64,000 nucleotides of DNA from Oikopleura dioica (Eukaryota; Animalia; Chordata), in the NCBI GenBank assembly GCA_907165135.1, contig OU015569.1, positions 11,966,001-12,030,000 on the forward strand. The letters are read 5' to 3'. Shown piece after piece: positions 32,854 to 44,437 of this stretch; within the stretch, counting starts at the first letter, position 1, and each line of letters begins with the position of its first letter. A program made the translations under genes and the position numbers. The notes under the pieces are model-generated. The model saw only the letters and a program-made list of their open reading frames with translations. It was not told where the DNA came from and did no database searches.

Positions 32854-35825
32854 TTAAATCTGCTAATTATTTGTTAATATTTTTTGCTTACCAAGACATC
32901 GCTCGCCAACTGGTCATGAAATGCTTTTCCGAGTGGCAGTGTCATAAACGACAAGAAGCGGAGACTCAATTGCAGCGAAATTATGTCCTGAAATAATTCA
33001 TTAATCCCCATTGAACGATTTTTTCTTTACCGAGAATCTGTTCTTTCCGTATTTCGCCTTGGTCCGCGGCGATATCATCAGCCGCTCTAGAAGCTCGGCA
33101 TAGGAGTCTTGAATCGTTCCGATCAGCGTCGGGTTCTGGAGCCCAGCCCGATCCGGAGAAAACAGAACCAGAATAAGCGTCAAAAGAAACTCTTCTTTCG
33201 AAAGATCGATTTGCGTAAATTTCACCAGGAAGTCGGAAAGTCGCTCGATGAAAAGCTAAAAATTCTTGTGACCGGAAATTTCGCTGCTTTGCTTACCTCT
33301 TTGAGCCCGATATCGAGGAGAATGTCGAAAGTGTATTCCATTTGCGAATCGTAATTTACAAACGCTCGTTTTTGCAGGTCGAAATACGTCGCAGCCTAAA
33401 AAGAAATTATCGAAGGCTCAGTTTTCATCAAATTTTATGTTGAGCTGAGCTTGCTGAGCTAAGTTGAAACTGAGCTGAGCTAAGCTAGCTTCATCCTGTA
33501 AATTATGGAGCTCCTCTGGCTGAGCTTAACAGGAGCTGAGCTGGGATTAACTGAGCCTATTCTGAAAAAAGCTTAGCTGAGCTTAGGCGACCTCTTTTGG
33601 AGCTGAGCCAAGCTGAGCTCATTTTTTTTTTAAATCATTGAGCTCAGCTCGCTCACCTAACTTAGCTCAGAAAATTTGCAGCACAAACGAAAGCCGAAAA
33701 TTCTACAAGAAAATATTCACCTGTAAAATGACGATTTCGCGAGTTCCAGCTCTGATAAGCTCGACTTGGTCGTTTTGCTCGAGCTGGGCGAACTCCGGAA
33801 TCTGCTTTGAAAAGTTGATCAGCTGGAGCAGTCCCGAGTTCATCACGTCCGACATGTGTTTCAAATAATTGATGTTGATCGTGATGCTTTCGTTCTCGCC
33901 GGTTCTCGGGTCCTCGATTCGCACCACGTGAAGGCCTGAAAAAAAGAGTAATTACGAAAATATTTCGAAATGTCAAAAACACTTTCTCAAAAAAGAACAA
34001 GCACCCGATTAACCTTTTTTCAATTTCATTTTGTATTTTCAATATTGAGCAATTCGAAAATTGAAAAAGACTAAAAAGAGAGGTTTTGAAATCCAATTTT
34101 ACGCTTCATAAGTTATCATTTTTTTCAATAGAACTATCAATTGGAGTTGTAATTATGAATTTGGGGTTCGAAAATACGGGGGAGGTTTCATGAGCCGGCA
34201 AGAAACGGCGACAAAATTAAGGTTTTTAATTTTAAGCAAAATTTGAGGCATTTATTTGTCAACGACATTTGACAAACCTAAAAGTCGCTTCTCGATCGAG
34301 TAAATCATGTTGTGGACATCGCTTCTGAACCCAGTTCGCTGCCAGTTGGGCATGTCTTCGCAATTCCGAAAGCTCTGGCTTCCCGCGCACTGCTTTTGAA
34401 CCAGGTCGTACGCAGCCACGACTAGAATTTATCATCAATTCTCTTCAACTTTCGTCATTATTACCCTTGCTGATTTTTTCTTGCTCGACTTGTGGGATGT
34501 CAGGATTTTCGTTGAGAATTCGTTTTATTCGATTCTAGTTATATTTTCTTATTAATTTTCAAGAAGAAAGCAAGTTACCTTTTGGATGATTTTGCGCTTT
34601 TTGTTGAGCTCCAAATCCGAAAGAATACAGTCTCGTTTCATCCCTTTTGTCAAGCATTTTTGGAATCTAAAATGAAGGAAATTAGATGTCAATTTATTCA
34701 AGTTTCGGATTAAACCTGCAGGCCTGGCACTGGCGTCGATTCTGGCGAGTTACAGCGCAATTCTTGGAGTAGGCGCAGAGGAAGTTCTTGTTGTTTTTAC
34801 CGTGCGCCGGAAAAAGCCCTGAAAACGAGTTGAATCGCCGCGCTAGAATAGAACCAGGGGCGGTGGCGACGAACGAACCGTCTGGCAGGTTCAAACTAGA
34901 ACTGTTGTTCTTTTTTTGATTTCGGCGCAGTCAGCGTTTTGGTTAAATGTCAAGAGAAAAGTCACGTTCGCGTTTTCAAAAATTAGATTTTACAACTTTT
35001 TTTTGGTGATTTCATTTTTTCTACTAAATTTTGGGCCAAATTTCTTTTTGATGATAAAAAAATTGCTTTTATAAAATTCAGCCTTGCTTACCTTGCAACC
35101 TTCACAAGTCATGGCGTTGAAGTGGTAGCCTGTTGCGAAATCTTCGCAAACAACGCAAATCTGAAAAAGAAAAAGAGGTAAAATGAGTTTATCTCCGTCC
35201 GCTAAGCTCAGGGTCGCCGCCGAGCACCCTTTTTCTTTTTTGGGGGTCGGGTCGGGTTAATTGAAAATCAGTAACTTGGAAGGATGTTTCTATGAAAACT
35301 TCAGTGCTCGAGTCAAGATCAAGGCCTTCTTGTAATGCAGCGAGCTGAAAACTTCCGCTTTTTTTCCCGCTGATTCCCGTGGGAACGAAACAGAATGGCG
35401 GCTAATTGGGTTGAAAAGGGTTCGGCCGTGATACACGCAGCCATCCCCCCTTGGGACTATGTGCTCGGCTTTGTTCTTTTTGACGCTAAGTACTGGTGGC
35501 ATAAGTTGAGCATAATTTAATTAAGTAGATTTATTAATCCTTTCTATTCTTTTCTATTTAATAATTCAATTGAGAAGTTCTTCAGTAATTTGAGGCTTTG
35601 GCTCCACAACCTGTGTAGAAAACCTGAGTCAGGGCTCTGAAAAAAGCTTTTTTAAAGAGCTCTCTTTCAGGATCCTGACTCAGGTTTTCTACACAGGCTG
35701 CTGAGCACCGCTACCCTTTTCCACCAAAAACCCACCTTTTCGTCGATATCAGAGTCGACTTTTGGCTGAAGCTTCTGATGCGGGGCCAAACTGGCCAGCT
35801 GCGGCGGCATCAACGCGTGATCCAT
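32854..35825 (-). CDS. Nuclear receptor, NR1I (VDR/PXR/CAR-like), multi-exon
   Basis: [52 protein letters not shown]; [30 protein letters not shown] and FSPDRAGL. One 1-nt frameshift at 34794-34798. Confidence 0.88.
35596..35707. mobile_element. CTGACTCAGG-family palindromic MITE in NR1I intron 1
   Basis: cctgtgtagaaaacctgagtcagg..cctgactcaggtttttctacacagg. Confidence 0.8.
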
Positions 35826-36139
35826 TTCTTTCGTCGACGATTCTGCCTTTTCGGAGGAATTTTCTCGGAGTAATTCTCTTTTTTCTTTTTGGATATTTTC
35901 GCCGCTAAAAACTCATTTCAATGTCTGGAATGGAATCGGGTCGAAGCGCGAACTTCCTTTGCACCTGCAAAAATAGCATTCTCGCAAAACGAAATTTCTC
36001 CAAAAAACGATGAGTTTCGTAGAATTCAATGAAAAATCAACTTGTTGACAAATTAACAACGAATTTATAATGATAAAAATGATCTTTTCAATAAAAATTC
36101 ATCAAGATTTATAGCCCAGAAATCTACTAGCGACTGAAA

Positions 36140-36330
36140 AACGATCAGTATCTTTAATTGGCAATTAAGGCTCTCCCATCGATAATTAAAATTTTTATTT
36201 TCATACTTTTCTTTTGATTTCATAAAATTTAAACAATGAGTGAAATAAAAATGTACTATCAAGTATGAAAGTGGAAATTTTTAATTATCGAAGGGAAACC
36301 CTTATCGTAAAATTAAGATATTGATCGTTG
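36140..36330. repeat. AT-rich degenerate inverted repeat (MITE-like)
   Basis: aacgatcagtatcttt..cccatcgataattaaaa versus ttttaattatcgaaggg..aagatattgatcgtt. Confidence 0.55.
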
Positions 36331-36869
36331 AAAGTCGGTCGGGCGGAAGGTCAATTCGGTCGATAAAAATTCGATTGAAGAAAGGAAAAAATGGTAATTT
36401 TAATGAATGTACCTTTTGGGCGAATCGTAACCGGGTCTCTTAAATTTTCTGTTCTGAGGAAGGTAGTATCTGGCGACTAAATAGATGAACGATTGACCGT
36501 GGAGCGCCCACGTCGCAAGCATGAACTCGATCGACCTCTAGACGAGTTTTCTTATTCTTCTGCTTTTCTGAAGACCCCGAGGTCAGAGCTCGCCGATCCC
36601 AGCATTGCCAAGGTCAGTTTTGCACCGATTGACCCGGGGAGAAACGGCGACTTTGGGATTAATTGGCGATTTGGCGAGTTTTGGAACATGGTTGCGCAGG
36701 AGTTATGTAAGCGAATGCTCTAGGGAAGCGCCGCGCTCGTCACGTATAGTGCTGATTAAGGGATTCAACTAAGGAACGTTACACAAAGGTCGAGCGTGAC
36801 CTTGCTGACCCACTCAACGACCTAGCACGAAGCCAATAACATAGAATTTTTAGCAGTCAACATCAGTCC

Positions 36870-36985
36870 TTTTGTCCGCGGACTGTGCAGAAAACCTAAG
36901 TCAGGTCCCTGAGTTTTAATTGTGCCAAAGACGGTTCAAAGCTTCATCTCTGACTCAGGTTTTCTACACAGGTTGTCGAGCCCAG
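36870..36985. mobile_element. CTGACTCAGG-family MITE, intergenic
   Basis: ctgtgcagaaaacctaagtcagg..ctgactcaggttttctacacaggttgtcgagcccag. Confidence 0.75.
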
Positions 36986-37619
36986 CTCACGGCAGACTCA
37001 AATGAAGAGTGGCGACAACTCTGGAATACAGTAAAAAATTCCCAGCATGCGAAGTCACGGATGAGCGCGTTTCCAGAGACAATTTTCACAATTTTGATCG
37101 ATGTTGGTGTTTTCGGTCAAGGCTCAGTCCTTCCTTTTTCAAAGGGGGCGCAATTATTTTGAAGAGCTTAATTCGCGGAAACTATTTTGACGAAAATTTC
37201 TTCCCTTTCAATTTGTTCAGTAATTACATGTCAAAGAGTTCACCCCTCGGTGGTCGAATGAAAATCAACATTTCGGGCCCAAGATTGTCGATTTTTTACG
37301 ATAATGCTTTCAAAGAAGGTTGTTTGAAGCAATAGAAAAAGGTTCTTTATTGCCAAAGTTTACGGTTAGGTTAAATAAAAAGTACAGTGGAAGAAAGCTC
37401 ATCGGTTAGGTCTTGATTCTAAATTTTAGAGTCTAAAAATACCCTTAGTTTTTTGAGAGTGTGAAAGAATTTAACTTTCGCGGAAGTAGAGTCCGTGTTT
37501 GTTCCAAAACAAAAAGTATCAAGAACAAAAATTCAGCTACTAGAGAAAAGACTGTTTGGTTTGATGGAATGTCGGCAGCTCTAGAAAGTGTCCAAATTTC
37601 CGGCCAGCTGATCACAGCA

Positions 37620-39381
37620 ATGTCGCTTCTATCAATCACACTAGAACACTACTTTGTTCCCGGCGCTCTACTGCTCCTTCCAGCTCATTTAAGCGACACA
37701 TTTCAAAAAGCTCGAAAAATCAGTTCGAAAATTCCGAAAAATCAAAATTTCAAAAAAAAACATGAATTCGAAATTTCGATTTTTCTTTCTTTTATTTTTG
37801 CAGAGATCTGTCCAGGGCGTCACGACGGAATGCGCGGACGGGAGCGATCTGTGCGTCGACACAGCTACCTGCGAGCAGAGCGATGTCTACGACGGCTACA
37901 CCTGCATCTGCCCAGCAGGCGAGATCGGCAACGGCTTTGAGCCGGGCTTCGGCGGCGATGGATGCACGGAGACCTGCGATATGTTCACTGTCGAATGCTC
38001 AAAGACCTTTTTCGAGCTGACGCTGGATAAGACATGTTCCGGGGTGAGTTCTTTTTGAATATTTTTATTTAGTCTTGTAATAAAAGATCTTGTATTTGGC
38101 TTTGAAATGTATCGTGTTTTCAGACGTATAGTTTCTTGAAAGCTGAGAATTTCTACATTGGCGAGTTGGACGGTTCCGGCGCTGTCCAAACTGGATGCGA
38201 CTTTGCAGACTTTGATTCAGACACGAGAAAAGCGCTGGTTTTATTCGACAGATGCAATACTAATATTCAAATTCTCGGAAGCTGGATTTACTACACCAAC
38301 AAAATTTCATACAAGGTTTATTTTTCGCTCCTATCCAAAACCTAAAAAAATCAATTCAAGTCCGACATTTCCGGCCTCAACTTCTTCCGTCCATTTTCGG
38401 TCACGTGCAAAGTTGCTACTCTTGGTCACACGAGTTCTATCACTCTTGAAACCGCTAGCGAAACGAGCATCATCGGCGAGATCGAAGACGAGATCATTTT
38501 CCACGAATTCGTCGCGTTAGAAGTAATCAACCGACCTGCCGGCGCCGCCGACGAGTTCCGCCTTGGTGAGCGCGTCGAAATCGGACTCGACTTTGACGAT
38601 CTCGATCAGAACTTTGACTACGTCATCAACAAGTGCTGGGCGTTTTCGGACACCAATGCTGGTAATAACACATTTTATCTTTCATTTTTAACTTCGCCTT
38701 TAGATTTCTTCCTTGTTGGCGCTCTGGACGACCAAACAAATGGCTGTCCAAACTACGACTGGGTCACCTTAAACGACCAGGCCGAAAGTGCTTCTCTCAC
38801 AATTCCAAGCGGCTTTACTCGTCCCAATTCAGTTTCCTTTCCAGTTTTTACTTTTGAAAACGAAGCGTCGCTCAACATCAACTGTCAAATCTTCATTTGC
38901 GGGGTAAATTCATCAATTCACTTTTCTCGTTTTATTGTTTCAATTCAGGCGAACTCGGCAGATTGCAACATCGACGTTAGCACTTGCTTCGCAGATGATC
39001 TGCCCGATTTGTTGGTTTCGGGGCCGCTCCCTGGTCTTGGAAGAAAAAGGCGAAGAAGAAGCCTTGTTTCTGGCGAATACGATAATCAAAATCACAGAAC
39101 GGTGAGTTCTAGAGCAAAATTTCAAGTTTGACGATTTTAAGGTGGTTGGAACTTCGCTGAGAGTGAACATCAGCGAGCGATTGCCAATATTTGAAACCGT
39201 TCCCTTTCAAAATTTGGAAAATGCGGAAACCGAAATCAAGGAAGACAACGTCCAAATCTTTGAACAACTGCACCAATTACTCAGCTCGATGAAAGATGTT
39301 TCAAGCACCTCGAAGGGGACAAAAAATGATTTCTCTGTCAGTTTATGCTCGTTAATTTTTGCCTCTCTGTTTAGACTCTGA
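37620..39381 (+). CDS. EGF-ZP domain protein (uromodulin/GP2-like), probably GPI-anchored; start uncertain
   Basis: EGF CADGSDLCVDTATC..YTCICPAGEIGNG; ZP-N VECSKTFFELTL..FDRCNT..YTNKI..VTCKV; ZP-C INKCWA..NGCP..FTF..INCQIFIC; furin site RKRRRR; hydrophobic C-terminus SLCSLIFASLFRL*. Confidence 0.8.
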
Positions 39382-39585
39382 ATAAAGATAATTTTTTTTG
39401 CCAAAACAAGAGTGGTATTTTTGTTGATCGAAAATTATTAAAACAAAGAAAAAAGATACCATGTCCACCTGAGATCTAGCATACAGTAGAACAAATAAAT
39501 AGTTTATTATAAAACTGTTTATTTTTTCAAGTAATTTTGATCAAAAATATATCTCGTAACAAAAAAAAACATGCTTTTATCGCTA

Positions 39586-42500
39586 CTATAGGCTGCAGGA
39601 ATTATCATGGGCGAGGAAAACGACTGGAGCGGCGCCTTCTCCTTCTACTTGAGCGATAATATCAGTCCAGACGGGATTTTCTTCGGAGTCTCATTTCTGG
39701 TTCCAAATTTGTAAAAAATATAAAACCATTACAATTACTATAACAGTAATGAAACTAGAAAATTGATCTGATAAAAAAGAGTCCATATAAAACTACTCTT
39801 ATTAATTAAAAACGAAGAAACCATTTTCTAAATTGATTTGGTGGACGAAGCCCAAAGAGTCTGGAATGTCGCTGTAACTTTGTTCAAAATTGCTGGGAAA
39901 CAGAAAAATATTGTTCTCCACCAAAATCGCCGATGAAGCAAACATAGGCTTAAAAGCCACTTTTAAAAATGCCGAGCAAAAGAACTTGCCTCAGAGAGAA
40001 AACCAGCGATCGACCATTCGTCGTTCAAAAGTTGGTAGATTCTGTCCAAATTGGCGGCCCAATGGTCGTTCCCGCCGATCGTCAAGAGCTTTCCTGAAGG
40101 GAAGCCGATTGTAGAAAATCGAATAATATTTCCTCTAAAATTCGCGATTATAAAGAAAAAATAAAACTTCTGCTCTCACCGCGGATGAACGGGAAGTGAA
40201 TTTGTCCACCCGTTTTCAGAAAGAATCTCGACAGCTCCGTTAGACCGCAATCCCGCGATAGCGATTGCTTTACCATTGTATAGAGCCAGTCCTCCGTCCG
40301 CGTGAACGACCTTGGTTGCGTTCAGAGGCTTCGTTTCCAATCCGTCGAATAATTCGCAGCGTTTCTTTGTTTCTCTGTCGAAACAGACCAAAACTTCAAT
40401 AAAAATAATATGATGATAGTATAATCATTAAACCGAACTTACCTTTGCTTCCTTGTTCAACAGAAACACTCGCGTGTGCGAATTCATAATCTCCCAAAAG
40501 TCGCACCGACAATTCCTTGAAGCTGCATCCCTCCATCCGTGAAATCTATCGAAATAGCATTAGCAGCTTTTTATTGCTTTTATTTTACTTTGTGGGCATC
40601 ACTGTTGCCTCCGAAAACGTGAACTTGGCCGTTGAGCAAAGCGAATGTCGAGAAAGTAACATAACTAGAAACGTCGCCGGAAAACCCGATCGGCGGGGAG
40701 AAGGAAACTTGTTTGTCGATCGAGCCATCGTGTTTCAAAGCAAAAGGTCTCCTGGCATGAAAATTGGTGTCAAGGGCGTTAATTTGTTTCGAATTTTCCT
40801 CGATTGAATAAATAAAGTTCTTGACTTCCGCGCCACTGTGTAAAATAACCCGCACTCTTTCATCGTTTTTTTCTTCTAGCTGGGCTCGGCAGTCTGAGTC
40901 AGCCTCTGAAAAAGCTAAAATGAAAAGCCGGTTTTTTTTTCAAAACGGAGTCGCGAAGGATGCCGATTAAAAAAAAGCATACTTGCGAAGCTACATTGCG
41001 GCTCCGTTTTGAAAAAAGCCGCCACGCGTCTTTTCATTTTGCCTTTTTCAGAGGCTGACTCAGGTAGCCGAGCCCAGTCGTCTAGAGCGGTCATCTCAAT
41101 TTTAGAAGAATTGCTGGGATTCATTCCCTTCAAGTCGTCGCACCACTTTCGACACCGTCTTTTTTCACGACACCATTTTTTGCGACATTTGTTCCATGCT
41201 TTATCCATTTCTGCTTTGTAGTCATTGATTTTTCTTTGTGGATTCTTTCATGGTTTTAAGCATCGATACAAAAATGACAAATGCATTGTTAAAAAACTGT
41301 TCCTCTAGAATTTCTACGAGAATTGCCTCGGGCGCGAGTGTTGAATTCAACTTGAGCTCAACATCGGCTAATTGAGAAATATTTAAATTGAGAACGAACT
41401 GCTCTGAAAAATAGTCAGAATCGAGCCAAATCGACCCATTTTCAAATTTTCCAAAGCTCAGGAAAATAGTTTCATCGAAAAATTGACACTCAAGAATCTT
41501 CATTTCCGATTTTTCTTCCTCAAGTGTGTTCAAAACATTGATTTGAAATTTCAAACTCGTTGTTCGATTGAAATCAAGTTCGAAAGAAGAAATGTGCAAA
41601 AAGTCTTCCGGCAAAGTGAAGAAATTGTCCGGAATGATGGTCTTTTTCACTGGTCCGAATAGAGTGATGGCTGGCTTGGGGAATCGCGATTGGGAAACTG
41701 CGTTTTTAGAGAAAGCTGGAAAAACATCGTCGTGGAAAGCAAAGAAGGGATTGCTTGTGACAGGCATTTTTTCCGTCGCGTTTTGTTGGATGAAATCGAC
41801 TTCTATTCGCTCGAAATCGAGTTTGACTTCAAAAGCAGCGTCGAAAACGTAATTTTGAACGAAAAATCTTTCATTTTGAATTGCTCCGCTGCAAAAGTAC
41901 TCGCATTCGTCGTTGTTGCGTCCGAGAATGTCTGTATAGTTCAGATCATTCTCAGAATAGAGTTTCGAATAGCAGCGTGATTCTTGCTTGTATTTAACGA
42001 GAGATCCGATCCACTCGCTGCCCAGAATCAAAAACTTTCCTTCCGCTTCGAGCAAGAAGGAATATCGCGTGTTCGAAAGACTTATGCTTTGTGCTGGGCT
42101 CGGCAAATAAGCAGAAAACCTGAGTCAAGGTCTTGAAACGGCTTCGCGGCTTTTTATTAGGGCATTTTTGAGAAACTTACTCAGGTTTTTACACAGGTTG
42201 CCGAGCCGAGCCTTCGAGTGACTAAAATGACCATCAGCCGACCCAAGTCAATCTTTGAGGAGTTAAAAAGGGGAGGTGTCTAGAATAGGGTCGGACACAA
42301 AAAAATTTTGACTCTAGAACCGACAAAAAAATTTCAACAAATTTTGCGTGGAAATTTTCAATCAGCAGCCGCCCACACATAATTTGTGGAATTTTTTTTG
42401 TCGGTTCCAGACAAAAAATCACAGTTCTACAACTTTCGACCCCTTTCAAAGGAACAATATGAACAGGATCAAAATTCAATCCCGCTCTCATTTCCGCCGG

Positions 42501-44437
42501 CAGCGCCATCTCGTTCTTTCTCCACCCTTTTTCCAGTTCTTCGTCCTTTCTGATCCTGTTTAAAGCCACTGTGGAGGAGATCTTGATCCATTCCTCGCCC
42601 ATTCTGATGCTCATCAAATAAAACACTCCTTTGAAGCTGACGGAAGATGTTTTGGCGTTGAAATGGTTGCTGGCAATGAAACCTTGCGCCTCCTCGAAGC
42701 GATTCAAATTGTATTCTGGCGCATAGTAGTAGCACTTTTCTGATCTTTCAGTTGGAGCGCTTTGAAGGATCAGAACATTCTTGGTTTTTTTTTTGAAAAC
42801 TATGTTTTGTTTTGACCTTTTTCAAACAACGACAACAGGGAAAATCTTTTTGTCTTCGTCTTTTCGCCGGATTTCGATGTAATGAGTTCCAATCGACGAC
42901 CCAAAATGAAAAACAAAGAACCTCCTTTAAGAACCAATAAAGTTAGGGTTTGGCTAAGGCAAGGACCACGGCAATGGTTAGGGTTAGGGTTAACCCGCGT
43001 GCGCAGATTGGCCCTCTTTTTGGACAGCGCCTTTTGAAAGAGATCTTGAAGGAGACTTACATTTGATATGATCGATTTGGAATAAAAACTGGGGATTTGG
43101 CTGTCTCTTGAATTTCGACAAGATTGCCAATTGCATCAACAAGATAGTGTTTTCCATTGAGAAAAGTTGCACCAGTTGACTTTTGCGTTTTTTATCTTTT
43201 TTTTTTAAAGGAAAATAAGCCGAATATAAAGTGAATGTTTGATTGTTAAGAAAATAGATATTGAAAAAACTTGCGTAAGGAAAGAGAGTCTCCGTCAAGT
43301 TTATCATTTTTTCTTTCCCGCTTTCGCTCAAATCCGAAAAAACCATTGGAAACTTTTTGATTTGAGAGGGACGGCTTGGCCAGCGACCAGTGATTACTTC
43401 CATTCCAAAATACTCGTCTTTTTTGCTCAATTCATCGACTTTAATCGTCTCCGATTTCTGAATGTCAAAAGCAGGCACCATTTTCTGCGGCGAGTGCATT
43501 TTTTCGCACTCGTAAAACGGACACGGACATCCACCTTTGCAATATTTCTGAAAAGGGCAAACCTCTCCGGCCGAATCGAACGCCCTTGTCAGCTCGAAGC
43601 AAATCGACTCACACGGCGAAATTGGGTTAGTCCTCGTTGATTTCAAAACCAGCGTTTTGGAACAAAGATGGCGGCAGATTTTTTGGTCGTAGAACTTTTT
43701 CTTTTTGCAGCGGACGAGATTCACTTCGTTCTCTTCGTTTGAAAATTCTAGTTTTGCAGTTTCGCTTCTGTCAATTGCTGAAATAGGCCCAGGAAGAATG
43801 AATTCTTGGGTTTCGTAGCATTGTTTCATTAGATGGCCGCAGTAGTCTATTTTAGGCTCGTCAACCTGTGTTAAAACCTACGCCAGGGTCCGGAATGAGC
43901 TCTAGTAAAAGGCTGGACCCTGACTCAGGTTTTAATACATGTTCTCGAGCCCAGCGCCCATCGTCTCCATTCGAACGCACTTTTTATAGTTTCGATGACA
44001 AACCGAAGTCAGAAAAGTCTTTACGCCTCGGGATTTCTCCAACGACTGAAAGTTCACTAAAAAGATACTTTCCATCAAACTAAAAAATGATTAAAAATTA
44101 CGGATAAGAATGACTGTCGTCCAAAAAACGCCGAAAACTGCTAGATAAGTGTACTTTTGCGGATCCGTGGCGAATCCATGCTTGCTTAGCTGCAGTTCGG
44201 CAGTTATTTTCTCTTTCCAAGTTTTCGTCTTTTTCAAATCGCGCTGTCGCGTTCGGACGTTTCGAGTTGTCAGAATTTCTTCGGAGAAAAGATACGTTTT
44301 TCCGTCTTTTTGGCGAAGAACTCCGATACAGTCGCAATCCAAACACTTATTTAAAATCAAAAACAAAAGTTATTAATGATAAAGACCTGAATTCTCGGCT
44401 GCTTAGACAAATCATCGTTTTCCTCTTCAATTACCAT
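39586..44437 (-). CDS. Inverted paralogue of the Cys-rich/Kelch type-II membrane protein
   Basis: KCLDCDC; YLAVFGVFWTTV; VCPFQKYCKGGCPCPFYECEK; NRFEEAQGFIASNHFNAK and TSNPFFAFHDDVFPAF shared with the + copy; Kelch-like VHVFGG and AIAG. Confidence 0.6.
40880..41077. mobile_element. CTGGGCTC-family MITE forming nearly all of a predicted intron
   Basis: TIR ctgggctcggcagtctgagtcagcctctgaaaaag / ctttttcagaggctgactcaggtagccgagcccag. Confidence 0.85.
42094..42210. mobile_element. CTGGGCTC-family MITE forming nearly all of a GC-AG intron
   Basis: ctgggctcggc..aaaacctgagtca..ctcaggtttttacacaggttgccgagccgag. Confidence 0.85.
43853..43954. mobile_element. CTGGGCTC-family MITE forming nearly all of a GC-AG intron
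   Basis: taggctcgtcaacctgtgttaaaacct..ccctgactcaggttttaatacatgttctcgagcccag. Confidence 0.85.

Noticed and set aside
42942-42995. TTAGGG telomere-like repeats, also at ~63537-63560
   Set aside because: Only 2-3 degenerate units inside probable introns; too short to call an interstitial telomere.
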